Below are positions 51,352 to 60,682 of a stretch of 64,000 bases of DNA, piece after piece. Source of the stretch: Acidimicrobiales bacterium (GTDB taxonomy: Bacteria; Actinomycetota; Acidimicrobiia; Acidimicrobiales; GCA-2861595); the NCBI GenBank assembly GCA_035540975.1, contig DATLFN010000058.1, positions 463-64,462 of the forward strand, read 5' to 3'. The position numbers and the translations under genes were made by a program. The notes below the pieces were generated by a model. The model was not told the origin of the DNA. It did not search any database and worked only from the letters and a program-made list of their open reading frames with translations. The stretch's first letter is position 1, and each line of letters starts with the position of its first letter.

Positions 51352-54300
51352 CCGCGCCAGCGGTCGGCCAGGACGTGGACGGGCTGGGTGAGGAGGTCGA
51401 CGATGCCGACCTCGCCCAGCACGTCCTCGCCGAACACCGGCTCGGTCTCCGTGACGGCGTCGACCAGGGCGTCCCAGCGGTCCCGGTACCCCTGGAGGAC
51501 CGCCTTGGCGTCGGCGGGGGCCAGGCGGTCGGCGAAGCGGACGTGGAGAAGGGTCATCCCGGTCACCTGGGCGTCCTTGGTCTCGGGGACGAGGACGATG
51601 GTGCGCCCGTCGCGCCGGCCCCGGGCCACGGTGACCTCGCGCTCGGTGGCGGCCCGGTGCTTGGTGCCGAGGAGCCTCGGGTCGGTGTCGGCCCGCGACG
51701 TGAGCTGGCGGGCCACGCCGCCCCGGTCGACCACCGCGATGCGCGCCGCCCCGTCGGCCACCGACCCGTCGATGCGGTAACGGGTGAACCCGGTGACCTC
51801 CTCGACGGCGGCGTCGAGGGCGGCCAGCGTGCGCAGGGCGCGGTAGCCGAGGTGGTCGCGCGCGGCGCCCGCGGCGAGCAGCTCGCCCACCAGCGGCACC
51901 CGGAACAGCGCCTCCTCGGAGCGGGAGATGCCCACGGTCACCGTCTTGGCCTGGTGCTTGATGGCGTCCACCGGGCGGGTGAGCGCCTCGATGGCGCGGG
52001 TGAGGGCGTCGGTAAGGTCCTGGATGACGACGCTCGGCGTCCCAACCTTGCCGAACTCCAGCTCGTACCCCTCGAGGGGGGACAGCCCCCGGGCGTAGCG
52101 CAGCAGCGACGCCACCCGCACCGCCGCGCCGGCGTCGAGGGTGCCGTCGTAGGCGCCGCCCCGGAGGGCCTCCAGGAAGCGGGAGGCGGGGCCGTCGATG
52201 CGGGCGGCCAGGGCGGGCAGCAGCTCGTCCGGCCCGGCGGCCGTCGACACCACCGCCTCGACGGCTGCCCGCGCCTCGCGGAACGGCACCGCCTGGGCGT
52301 CGATGGTGAGGGCGGCCTCGTACCCGAACAGGTGCCCGGCCATGGCCGACAGCACGAACGACAGCATGGGGTGGGCGGGCGGCACCTCCAGCACGTCGAG
52401 GGCGGCCGGGTAGCGGGCCCCCTCGGTGGCGATCACCACCGGCGCCGCCTTGTGGGCCCGGTAGATCGCCACCTCCTTGGCCACGTCGTCGGCGTTGGGG
52501 CCGGTCAGGCCGGCGGCGCACACCAGGATCAGAGGCTCGGAGGAGAGGTCGATGTGCTTCTTGTCCTCCGTGGCGTCGCAGGCGATCGACTTGTAGCAGA
52601 GCTCCGACAGCTTGATCCGGACCTCGGCGGCGGCCACCCGGTTGGCCCCGTTGCCCACGATCGCCCAGTGGCGGCGGGCGGGCGCGTGGCGGGCGGCGGC
52701 GGCGGCGATGGCCGGGCGCCGGGCCAGCACCGCCTCCATGGCCGCCGGCAGGTCGCGCAGGCCGGCCAGCAGCTCCGACGCCCGCCGCCGGTCGCCGCAC
52801 CCCGCCTCGTCGGCCACGGCGAGGGCGAGCAGGAAGCCGGCCGCCACCTGGGCGTAGAACGCCTTGGTGGACGGCACCGCCATCTCCACGTCGCGCCCGT
52901 CGGAGGTGTAGAGGACGCCGTCGGCCCGCTGGGTGAGGTCGCTGTCCCGCCGGTTCACGATGGCGACCACGGCGGCGCCCCGGGCCCGGACCAGGTCGAC
53001 GGTGCGGTTGGTGTCCGTGGTGGTGCCCGACTGGCTGATGGCGACCACCAGGGTGTCCCCCATGTCGTCGTCCAGCCCGAAGCCCGACAGCTCGGTGGCG
53101 GGCAGGGCGTCGACCACGATGCCGGCCCTCGCCAGCCACGGCGCCAGCGCGGCGGCCAGGCTGTGCCCGGCGACGACCGCCGTCCCCTGCCCGATCACCC
53201 GCACCCGGCGGATGGCGCCGTCGCGCAGCCCGGCCCGCAGCGCCGGGGGCAGGGTGTCGTCGCCCAGGACGACCCGCAGGTCGCCGCCTTCTCCTGCGAT
53301 CTTGCCCCGGAGCGTCTTGCGGAACGACGACGGCGCCTCCGTCACCTCCTTGAGGAGGAAGTGGGCGAACCCGCCCCGGTCGATGTCGCGGGTGGTGATC
53401 TCGGCCCGCCGCACCTCGTCGGGCGTCACCGGCAGCACCGCTCCTCCGTACGAGAGGCGCTCGATGCCGTCGACCGTGCCGGCGCCGCCGGCGTCCAGCA
53501 CCAGCACCTGGCCGGCGGGACCCCCGCCGTCGGGGGGCGTCTCGCCGTCCATGCGCACGTAGCGGCTCGTCTCCTCCACCAGCCCGTACGGCTCGCTGGC
53601 GACCACGAAGGCGTCCTCGGCCAGCCCCACGTAGAGGGCCTGGCCGCTCCCCCGCAGGGCGAGGAGCAGGCGGTCGGGCGCGTCGGCCGCCACCGCGGCG
53701 ACGGCGGTCGATCCCTCGAACGACGACACGGTCGCCCGGAACGCCTCGCTCACCGCGTCGCCCTGGCGGAGACGGCGGGACACCAGGGCGGGGATCACCT
53801 TGGCGTCGGTGGTGAACGCGGCGGGGATGCGCAGGCCGGCCTCGGCGATGAGGTCGGCATAGTTGTCGACATCGCCGTTGAGGGCGGCCGCCACGTACGG
53901 GCCGCCGGCATCGCCGTCCTCCTCCTGGTTGAGGGGGTGGGCGTTGGCCTGGGAGATGATGCCGACGCTGGCCCACCGGGTGTGCCCGAGGACGGCGGCC
54001 CGGGCGCCGGGAGCGTCGAGGGCGCGCCGGAGCAGGGCGTCGTCGGCGACGGCGCGCCGCAGCGCCCGGGTGTTGTCGCCCAGCTCGCCGATCTCGGCCG
54101 CCGCCTTGTACACGAACGACAGGTGGCCGCCCGGCACCCGCACGGCGAGCGACGTGAACAGCGGGTCGGCCATGCGCTCGTCCAGCTGCGCCCGTACCGC
54201 CGGGTCGTCGAGGTCGAGCCCGTGCCCGGTGACCAGCAGGTGGAGGCCGGCGGAGTCCCGGCCCCGGACCTCCAGGCGGTCGATGCTCGACAGGGCCGAG

Positions 54301-54749
54301 TGCACGGACGCGTAGGCGTCGACGGTGGCCTCGCCCGCCCCCGGCCCGGCCAGCGCCGCCACCGCCCGGGCGGCCGGGAGCCGGTCGCGGCCCACCGACC
54401 ACGACGCGTCCTTCACCCGCACGAGCGTGGCGTTGACCGCCTCCAGGTCGGCGATGGACAGCGCCAGGTCACCGGCGTCGAGGGCGGCCTCCAGCCGGGC
54501 GACGGCGGCGTCGACCTCGGCCAGGCCCGAGGCCACGGCGGCGACCAGGCCGTCGTCGGCGAGGAGGGCCCGGATCCCGGGGGTCCCGCTCAGCGCCCGC
54601 TGGACGCGCTCGAGCGCCTCGGCGGCGTCCCCCAGGGTTGCGGTCGAGCCGAGGGCGGCGGAGGCGACGGCCAGGTCGGAGATGACCTCCGACGCCGGCG
54701 GCGCAGGCCGCCCGCTGGGGCGCCGGAGGATGGCGACGATTCCGCACAT
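51348..54749 (-). CDS. glmS: Long-form glutamine--fructose-6-phosphate aminotransferase-like protein, 1,133 aa (class-II GATase plus two SIS domains plus extra segments)
   Basis: MCGIV Ntn-cysteine start, RGRDSAG, HTRWAS, SIS motifs ISQSGTTTDT and KLSELCYKS, and a GlmS-tail-like AKTVTVG at residues 934-940 followed by ~190 more residues. It sits in the canonical glmM/glmS/acpS position. Confidence 0.8.
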   Translation of the reverse strand: MCGIVAILRRPSGRPAPPASEVISDLAVASAALGSTATLGDAAEALERVQRALSGTPGIRALLADDGLVAAVASGLAEVDAAVARLEAALDAGDLALSIADLEAVNATLVRVKDASWSVGRDRLPAARAVAALAGPGAGEATVDAYASVHSALSSIDRLEVRGRDSAGLHLLVTGHGLDLDDPAVRAQLDERMADPLFTSLAVRVPGGHLSFVYKAAAEIGELGDNTRALRRAVADDALLRRALDAPGARAAVLGHTRWASVGIISQANAHPLNQEEDGDAGGPYVAAALNGDVDNYADLIAEAGLRIPAAFTTDAKVIPALVSRRLRQGDAVSEAFRATVSSFEGSTAVAAVAADAPDRLLLALRGSGQALYVGLAEDAFVVASEPYGLVEETSRYVRMDGETPPDGGGPAGQVLVLDAGGAGTVDGIERLSYGGAVLPVTPDEVRRAEITTRDIDRGGFAHFLLKEVTEAPSSFRKTLRGKIAGEGGDLRVVLGDDTLPPALRAGLRDGAIRRVRVIGQGTAVVAGHSLAAALAPWLARAGIVVDALPATELSGFGLDDDMGDTLVVAISQSGTTTDTNRTVDLVRARGAAVVAIVNRRDSDLTQRADGVLYTSDGRDVEMAVPSTKAFYAQVAAGFLLALAVADEAGCGDRRRASELLAGLRDLPAAMEAVLARRPAIAAAAARHAPARRHWAIVGNGANRVAAAEVRIKLSELCYKSIACDATEDKKHIDLSSEPLILVCAAGLTGPNADDVAKEVAIYRAHKAAPVVIATEGARYPAALDVLEVPPAHPMLSFVLSAMAGHLFGYEAALTIDAQAVPFREARAAVEAVVSTAAGPDELLPALAARIDGPASRFLEALRGGAYDGTLDAGAAVRVASLLRYARGLSPLEGYELEFGKVGTPSVVIQDLTDALTRAIEALTRPVDAIKHQAKTVTVGISRSEEALFRVPLVGELLAAGAARDHLGYRALRTLAALDAAVEEVTGFTRYRIDGSVADGAARIAVVDRGGVARQLTSRADTDPRLLGTKHRAATEREVTVARGRRDGRTIVLVPETKDAQVTGMTLLHVRFADRLAPADAKAVLQGYRDRWDALVDAVTETEPVFGEDVLGEVGIVDLLTQPVHVLADRWRG

Positions 54750-54764
54750 GGGCCGTCCGCCAGT

Positions 54765-56105
54765 CTACGGGCCGAGGAGCCGCTCCACCTCCGCCACCAG
54801 CCGGGCGGCGGAGGCGTCGGCCTGCGCCTCGGTGGGCGCCTCCACCATCACCCGGACCAGGGGCTCGGTGCCGCTGGGCCGCACCAGCACCCGGCCGTGG
54901 GCGCCCAGGCGGTCGCTCTCGGCCGCCACCGCCGGCGCCACCGCGTCGTTGACCGCCGCCGCGTCCCGGCGCACCGCCAGGCGGACGTTGCGCAGCACCT
55001 GGGGCAGCCGGGTCATGGCCTCGGCCGCCAGGTCGGCGAGGGGGCGGCGGCGGCGGGCGATCAGGTCGAGGAGCTGGAGCCCGGTGAGGATCCCGTCGCC
55101 CGTCGTCGCCAGGCGCCGGAAGATCAGGTGGCCCGACTGCTCGCCCCCGAGCGACCAGCCGTTGGCGTCCAGCGCCTCCAGCACGTGGCGGTCGCCCACG
55201 GGCGTCTCGTGGACGGCGATGCCCGCCTCCTCCATGGCCAGTCGGAACCCGAGGTTGGTCATCACGGTGACGACGACGGTGCCGCCGTCGAGCCGGCCCC
55301 GGCTGCGCAGGTCGAGGGCGCACAGGGCGATGAGGTGGTCGCCGTCGACGACCTCGCCGGTGCCGTCCACCGCCAGCACCCGGTCGGCGTCGCCGTCGAA
55401 GGCCAGGCCGGCGTCGGCGCCGTGCTCGGCCACGGCCTTGCGCAGGGCGGTGAGGTCGGTCGACCCGCAGCCGTCGTTCACGTTGGTGCCGTCCGGGCGG
55501 TCGCCCAGCACCTCCACCCGGGCGCCCGTCTCCCGCACCACGGCCGGCGCCACCACGGAGGCGGCGCCGTGGCCGCAGTCGAGGACCACGAACAGGTCCT
55601 CCAGCGTGCGCCCCTCCAGCGACGCCACGAGGTGGGCGGCGTAGGCGTCCACGGCCGCCGGGTCGCTCTCCAACGCCCCCACCCCGGCCCCCGTCGGCCG
55701 CGCCGACGGGTCGCCGGCGGCGATGCGGGCGAACTCGGCCTCCAGCGTCGCCTCCTCGTCGTCGGTGAGCTTGCGCCCGCCGGGGGCGAACAGCTTCACC
55801 CCGTTGTCCGGGAACGGGTTGTGCGACGCCGAGACGACGGCGCCGGGCGCCCGCCAGCCGGCCGAGGCGAAGGCCACGCCCGGCGTGGGGATCACGCCCA
55901 GGTCGACCACGGCCATCCCCTCCGACGCCACCCCGGCGGCGAAGGCGGCCTGGAGCATGGGGCCCGACCGCCGGGTGTCGCGGCCGACCACGAAGGGGCC
56001 GCCCAGCACCCGTGCCGCGGCCCGGCCCAGGGCGAGCACCAGCTCGGGGGTCAGCTCGTCGTTGGCCAGCCCACGGATGCCGTCGGTGCCGAACTCCAGC
56101 GGCAC
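54765..56105 (-). CDS. glmM: Phosphoglucosamine mutase, 446 aa
   Basis: FGTDGIRG, the active-site VVSASHNP, and the GEQSGH loop. GTG start. Confidence 0.95.
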   Translation of the reverse strand: MPLEFGTDGIRGLANDELTPELVLALGRAAARVLGGPFVVGRDTRRSGPMLQAAFAAGVASEGMAVVDLGVIPTPGVAFASAGWRAPGAVVSASHNPFPDNGVKLFAPGGRKLTDDEEATLEAEFARIAAGDPSARPTGAGVGALESDPAAVDAYAAHLVASLEGRTLEDLFVVLDCGHGAASVVAPAVVRETGARVEVLGDRPDGTNVNDGCGSTDLTALRKAVAEHGADAGLAFDGDADRVLAVDGTGEVVDGDHLIALCALDLRSRGRLDGGTVVVTVMTNLGFRLAMEEAGIAVHETPVGDRHVLEALDANGWSLGGEQSGHLIFRRLATTGDGILTGLQLLDLIARRRRPLADLAAEAMTRLPQVLRNVRLAVRRDAAAVNDAVAPAVAAESDRLGAHGRVLVRPSGTEPLVRVMVEAPTEAQADASAARLVAEVERLLGP

Positions 56106-56111
56106 GGGGAG

Positions 56112-56504
56112 CTACCGCTTGGAGTACTGCGGCGCCTTGCGGGCCTTCTTCAGCCCGTACTTCTTGCTCTCCTTCTCGCGTGCGTCGCGGGTGAGGAACC
56201 CGGCCTTCTTGAGCGACGTGCGCTGGTCGGGGTCCAGCTCGGCCAGCGCCCGGGCCAGCCCGAGGCGGAGGGCGCCGGCCTGGCCGGACGTGCCGCCGCC
56301 GTCGATGGTGGCGTCCACGTCGTAGACCTCGGCGGTGTTGGTGACCCGCAGCGGCTCGGTGGCCAGGGTGACCTGCACGGCCGACGGGAAGTACTGGTCC
56401 ACCGGGCGCTTGTTGATGATGACGGTGCCGGTGCCGGGGCGGACCCGGACCCGGGCGACCGCCCGCTTGCGACGGCCGGTGGACTGGACGAGCGGCTTCG
56501 GCAT
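56112..56504 (-). CDS. rpsI: 30S ribosomal protein S9
   Basis: ...[19 protein letters not shown]...[17 protein letters not shown]. Confidence 0.97.
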   Translation of the reverse strand: MPKPLVQSTGRRKRAVARVRVRPGTGTVIINKRPVDQYFPSAVQVTLATEPLRVTNTAEVYDVDATIDGGGTSGQAGALRLGLARALAELDPDQRTSLKKAGFLTRDAREKESKKYGLKKARKAPQYSKR

Positions 56505-56513
56505 CGGGCGTTC

Positions 56514-56975
56514 CTAGCTCTCGCCGGCGGCGACGCGGCGGGCCGAGGCGAACTCGACGGGCCGGGGCCGCTGGGCCGAGTGCGGGTGGGTGGGTCCGGC
56601 GTGGATCTTCAGCTTCTTGATCATGGAGCGACCGAGCGGGCCCTTGGGCAGCATCCCCTTGACCGCCCGGCGGACGACCTCTTCCGGCCGGGTGTCGAGC
56701 ACGTCCTGCACGCTCCTGGTGCGGAGGCCGCCGGGGTAGCCGGTGTGGCGGTGGACCTGCTTGGTGGACGCCTTGTCGGACGTCAACACGATCTTGGCCG
56801 CGTTCACCACGATCACGTGGTCGCCCGTGTCCAGGTGGGGGGCGAAGATCGGCTTGTGCTTGCCCCGCAGGAGGCGCGCCACCTCGGTGGCCAGGCGGCC
56901 GAGGACCAGGCCGTCGGCGTCGACGACGTGCCAGGCGCGCTGGATGTCGGAGGGCTTCGGAGAGTACGTACGCAA
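56514..56975 (-). CDS. rplM: 50S ribosomal protein L13, 153 aa
   Basis: (L)RTYSPKPSDIQRAWHVVDADGLVLGRLA...HTGYPGG. TTG start at 56973-56975. The long upstream part of track ORF 56514..58661 is antisense to ilvA and was discarded. Confidence 0.93.
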   Translation of the reverse strand: MRTYSPKPSDIQRAWHVVDADGLVLGRLATEVARLLRGKHKPIFAPHLDTGDHVIVVNAAKIVLTSDKASTKQVHRHTGYPGGLRTRSVQDVLDTRPEEVVRRAVKGMLPKGPLGRSMIKKLKIHAGPTHPHSAQRPRPVEFASARRVAAGES

Positions 56976-57025
56976 CTGGAGCGCCTTTGGATCGGGGCGT
57001 CGACCGCCGCTCGGGCGAACATCCA

Positions 57026-57055
57026 AGGATAGGGCGCCGACGGGGCCGTCGCCAA
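57026..57055 (-). promoter_or_regulatory. Candidate promoter of rplM-rpsI-glmM (-35 TTGGCG, 18-nt spacer, -10 TATCCT)
   Basis: Motifs read on the minus strand in the 114-nt divergent spacer between rplM and ilvA. This is a motif match only. Confidence 0.3.
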
Positions 57056-57089
57056 CCGCCGCCCGATTGCGCCCCGGTAGCCTCCGCCC

Positions 57090-58289
57090 GTGATCGGCCT
57101 GGCGGACGTGGAGGAGGCCCGCCGCCGCCTCGCCGCCGTCATCCGGCCGACCCCCGTGGTCCCGTCCACCTCCCTCTCCGGGCTGGCCGGGCGCCCCGTG
57201 CTCCTCAAGCCGGAGTACCGCCAGCGCACCGGGTCGTTCAAGATCCGCGGCGCCTACAACTTCATGGCCGGCCTGGAGGCGTCCGCCCGCCGGGTGGTGG
57301 CCGGCTCGGCCGGCAACCACGCCCAGGGAGTCGCGCTGGCCGCCTCCCTCACCGGCCGGCGGGCGACGGTGTTCATGCCGACGACCGCCGCCCTCCCCAA
57401 GGTCGACGCCACCCGGGCGTACGGCGCCGACGTGCGCCTGACCGGCTCGTCGGTGGACGACTGCATCGCCGCCGCCCGGGAGCACGCGGCGGCGACCGGC
57501 GCCGTCCTCGTCCCGCCCTTCGACGATCGGCGGGTGATCGCCGGCCAGGGCACCATCGGGCTCGAGATCGCCGAGGAGGCGCCCCAGGCGCGCACGGTGG
57601 TGGTGCCGATCGGAGGCGGGGGGCTGATCTCGGGCATCGCCGCGGCCATGGCCGCCGCCCAGGCCGGAACCCGGGTGGTGGGGGTGGAGGCGGCCGGCGC
57701 GCCGACCATGCGGGCCGCCCTGGACGCCGGGCGCTGCGTGCCGCTGCCGGCGGTCGCCACCATGGCGGACGGCATCGCCGTGAAGTCGGCCTGCGACCTG
57801 ACCCTCCGCCACGTCCAGCGCCTGGTCGCCGACGTGGTCACCGTCACCGAGGAGGAGATCAGTGCCGCCCTCCTCCTGCTGCTGGAGCGGGCCAAGGCGG
57901 TGGTGGAGCCGGCCGGGGCCGTGGGCCTGGCGGCCGTGCTGAACGGCAGCGTCGGCGGCGAGGGCCCGGTCGTGGTCGTGCTCTCCGGCGGCAACGTCGA
58001 CCCGCAACTGCTGATCAAGCTGATCGACCACGGCCTGTCCGTGTCCGGTCGCTACCTCGTCCTCCGCATCGTGCTGCGCGACTCCCCCGGCGCCCTCGCG
58101 TCGCTCACCACCGAGGTCGCCCGCCTGGGCCTCAACGTGCTCGACGTCGAGCACCACCGGGCGGGGGCGGCCGTGGCGGTCGACGAGGTGGAGGTGGTGC
58201 TCACCCTGGAGACGCGCGACCCCACCCACCGGGCCGAGGTGGTCGCCTCCCTCAGCGGCCTGGGGTACCGGGTGGAGCTGGTCCGCTGA
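57090..58289 (+). CDS. ilvA: Threonine ammonia-lyase (PLP-dependent, short form with a C-terminal ACT-like domain), 399 aa
   Basis: PLP-lysine motif TGSFKIRGA, GNHAQGVA, the glycine loop PIGGGGLISG, and a regulatory tail. GTG start at 57090. Confidence 0.85.
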   Translation: MIGLADVEEARRRLAAVIRPTPVVPSTSLSGLAGRPVLLKPEYRQRTGSFKIRGAYNFMAGLEASARRVVAGSAGNHAQGVALAASLTGRRATVFMPTTAALPKVDATRAYGADVRLTGSSVDDCIAAAREHAAATGAVLVPPFDDRRVIAGQGTIGLEIAEEAPQARTVVVPIGGGGLISGIAAAMAAAQAGTRVVGVEAAGAPTMRAALDAGRCVPLPAVATMADGIAVKSACDLTLRHVQRLVADVVTVTEEEISAALLLLLERAKAVVEPAGAVGLAAVLNGSVGGEGPVVVVLSGGNVDPQLLIKLIDHGLSVSGRYLVLRIVLRDSPGALASLTTEVARLGLNVLDVEHHRAGAAVAVDEVEVVLTLETRDPTHRAEVVASLSGLGYRVELVR

Positions 58290-59631
58290 CCGGCGGCCGG
58301 GGGGCGTGGGCCGCCGACGGCCACCAGCCCGCTGCCACGCCGGCGAACACGGCGGCCCCGCGGGCGACCGCCTCCGCCACCGACGAGCGCACCACCGGGA
58401 CGCCCGCCTCCGCCGCCTTGGCCCGCAACCACGGCACGCTGCGGCTCCCACCGCCGAACACCAGCATCCGCCGGGCCGGCCCGCACACGTCCTCCACCCC
58501 GTGGGCCGCCTCCCGGGTGCGGGCGGCCAGGGCCCGGAGGACCCCGTTCCAGACGGCGGCGGGCGCCCCGCCGGGCGGGTCGCCGGCCTCGGGCTCCCGC
58601 CCCTGGTGGCGGGCCGCCCTGGCCATCGCTTCCACCCAGGCGGCGGCGTCGACCGCGTCACCCGCCTCGTGGGCGAGGTCGTCCAGCTCGGCCGGCGTGC
58701 GGCCCAGCGCCCGGGCGGCGGCCCCGATCACCAGTCCGGCGCGGGCGGCGCTGGCGATGGCCGCCCACCCGTCGCCGTCCGGCCAGAGCGAGACGGCCAC
58801 GCCCCGGTCCAGGGCGGCGCCGACGTCGGGCAGGCGGACCGACCGCCCGACCACCGTCTCGGCCGTGCCCACCGAGTTCGCCAGGTCGCCCACGCCGGCC
58901 CCGGCGCCCACCGCACCGGCCAGGTGGTCGTGGCCGGCGACGGTCACGGGCACGCCGACCGGCACCCCGAGCCAGGCCGACCCGGCGGGGGTCACGGTAC
59001 CCATCGCCGCACCCGCCGGCGCCGGCTCGGCGAACACGTCGCCCGCCAGCCCGAGGGCCTCGGGGACCTCCGGCATCGCCTTGCGCCGGCCGACGTCGTA
59101 GCCGCCGGTCCGGGCCGCCAGCGACCAGTCCGTCGCCCGCACATCGGTGAGGCGGTGCAGGCACAGCTCGGGCACGCCCAGCCACCACCGGACGTCACCC
59201 ACCCCGTTGGCGGCCAGCCAGCCGACCTTGGCGACCGACGACACGGTGCGCAGCCGCTGGCCGACGCGCCGGTCCAGGTCGTCGCCGAAGCGGTCGTGCA
59301 GCAGCGAGACGGCCTCGGCGCCGCGCGGGTCGTGCCACGCGATCACCGTCGCCAGCACCCGCCCGCCGGCGTCGAGCGGCGCGCCGCTCTCGGCCAGCCC
59401 GGCGATCCCGACGGCCGTCACCTGGGCGACGGCGTCCCCCAGGTCGCCCACGACGGCCGCCACCGTCGCTAGCAGCGCGTCGACCTCGGCCTCCACGCCG
59501 GTGCGGCGCTCCTCGAAGGGCGTCGGGCGCGCCGCCGATCCCACCTCGGCGCCGGCGCGGTCGAGGAGCACGGCCTTGGTGCGGGTGGTGCCGACGTCGA
59601 GGCCGAGCAGGAACCGGGCGGTGATGCCCAA
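58252..59631 (-). CDS. FGGY-family carbohydrate kinase, about 459 aa
   Basis: LGLDVGTTRTKAVLLD (N-terminal actin-fold phosphate-1 motif)...GHDHLAGAVGAG...VFGGGSRS. The TTG start at 59629-59631 is tentative. The 3' end overlaps ilvA convergently by 38 nt. Confidence 0.7.
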   Translation of the reverse strand: MGITARFLLGLDVGTTRTKAVLLDRAGAEVGSAARPTPFEERRTGVEAEVDALLATVAAVVGDLGDAVAQVTAVGIAGLAESGAPLDAGGRVLATVIAWHDPRGAEAVSLLHDRFGDDLDRRVGQRLRTVSSVAKVGWLAANGVGDVRWWLGVPELCLHRLTDVRATDWSLAARTGGYDVGRRKAMPEVPEALGLAGDVFAEPAPAGAAMGTVTPAGSAWLGVPVGVPVTVAGHDHLAGAVGAGAGVGDLANSVGTAETVVGRSVRLPDVGAALDRGVAVSLWPDGDGWAAIASAARAGLVIGAAARALGRTPAELDDLAHEAGDAVDAAAWVEAMARAARHQGREPEAGDPPGGAPAAVWNGVLRALAARTREAAHGVEDVCGPARRMLVFGGGSRSVPWLRAKAAEAGVPVVRSSVAEAVARGAAVFAGVAAGWWPSAAHAPRPPVSGPAPPGTPGR

Positions 59632-59711
59632 CGGTAGGGGCGACGGTCCCGCCCACGGCGTGCAAGGGACGCGCCGGGGCCGGGTCGGCGGCGGCCGCGG
59701 CGCCCGGCGGC

Positions 59712-59814
59712 GCCGGATCGGGCGGCGGGCGGCGGCGGGGACCTCGGCGCCCGGCGCCGCCGGATCGGGCGGCGGGCGGCGCCGGGTCAGGCGGCGGCGG
59801 GGACCTCGGCGCCC
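59712..59814. repeat. Imperfect tandem duplication (~47-62-nt unit) spanning the 3' end of the DUF1385 gene and the spacer downstream
   Basis: GCCGGATCGGGCGGCGGGCGGCG occurs at 59712 and 59759. GGCGGCGGGGACCTCGGCGCCC occurs at 59731 and 59793. The second copy carries a 15-nt insertion containing the gene stop codon. Confidence 0.7.
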
Positions 59815-60635
59815 GATGCCACTGCTGCCGGCGTCGTCCCTTCCAACCGGTGGTGGTGTTCCAGGCAGGCGGCCAGCGCCCGGCAGCCCACGGACTGCTC
59901 GGCCGCCGTCGGCTCGGCCGTGGTGACGAAGCGCTGGAGGGCCCGGCCCCCGACCAGCAGCGCCCGGCTCAGCGGCGAGCGGGGGCGGCGGGCGGCGAGG
60001 GACACGCCCTCGGCCCCCACGGCAAGCAGGGCCAGCAACGCCGGCAACTGCACGGCGGCCGGCAGGGCGACGAGGGCGAGCGCCCCCAGCATGGCGACGA
60101 ACACCAGGTTGGTGCCGCAGCGGTCGTGCACCCGGGGGCAGGCCAGCACGGCAGCCACGTCGGCCATGGGGATGCCGGCCTCGTGGGCGGCCACCGCCTT
60201 GTGCTCGGCGCCGTGGTACCGCCACAGCGACCCCGGGGTGGCCAGGCGGAGGACGGCGAAGGCCAGGACCCAGGGCACGGCGGTGACGACGAGCGTCGCC
60301 GGCAGCGACCGGGCAGCGTGGCCGACGAGGAGCGAGAACCCGATCCCGACCGCCTCCACCCCGACCAACGTCACCAGGAAGCCCCGGTTCCGGCGGCGGG
60401 CCCGGCCGCCGGCCCGCCCGGCGCCGTGCCCGAGCATGCCCCGGGACACGGCGAGGCGCATCCCGCTGGCGAGGCCGACGAGGAAGCGGAGGACGGGGAC
60501 CCGGCGCAGCCGGCCCGTCCGGACGGCGCCCACCTGCACGGTGCCGTCGTCGCGGGCCACAGCCCAGGCGCGGCTCGTCCGCATCAGGACGCCGTCGGCC
60601 AGCGCCTGCCCCCCGATCCGCACCGCGTTGCTCAC
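59787..60635 (-). CDS. DUF1385-family membrane protein (YqhQ-like), 282 aa
   Basis: IGGQALADGVLMRT and YHGAEHK signatures plus several hydrophobic segments. GTG at 60633-60635. Confidence 0.7.
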   Translation of the reverse strand: MSNAVRIGGQALADGVLMRTSRAWAVARDDGTVQVGAVRTGRLRRVPVLRFLVGLASGMRLAVSRGMLGHGAGRAGGRARRRNRGFLVTLVGVEAVGIGFSLLVGHAARSLPATLVVTAVPWVLAFAVLRLATPGSLWRYHGAEHKAVAAHEAGIPMADVAAVLACPRVHDRCGTNLVFVAMLGALALVALPAAVQLPALLALLAVGAEGVSLAARRPRSPLSRALLVGGRALQRFVTTAEPTAAEQSVGCRALAACLEHHHRLEGTTPAAVASGAEVPAAA

Positions 60636-60682
60636 CGCGTCGCCCCCGTCGCCCGTGTCGCCCGTGCCGTTCCCACACGAGC

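Noticed and set aside
51375-57032. 1,885-aa plus-strand ORF
   Set aside because: It is antisense to glmS-like, glmM, rpsI and rplM, all of which are unambiguous by homology. It is a shadow frame.
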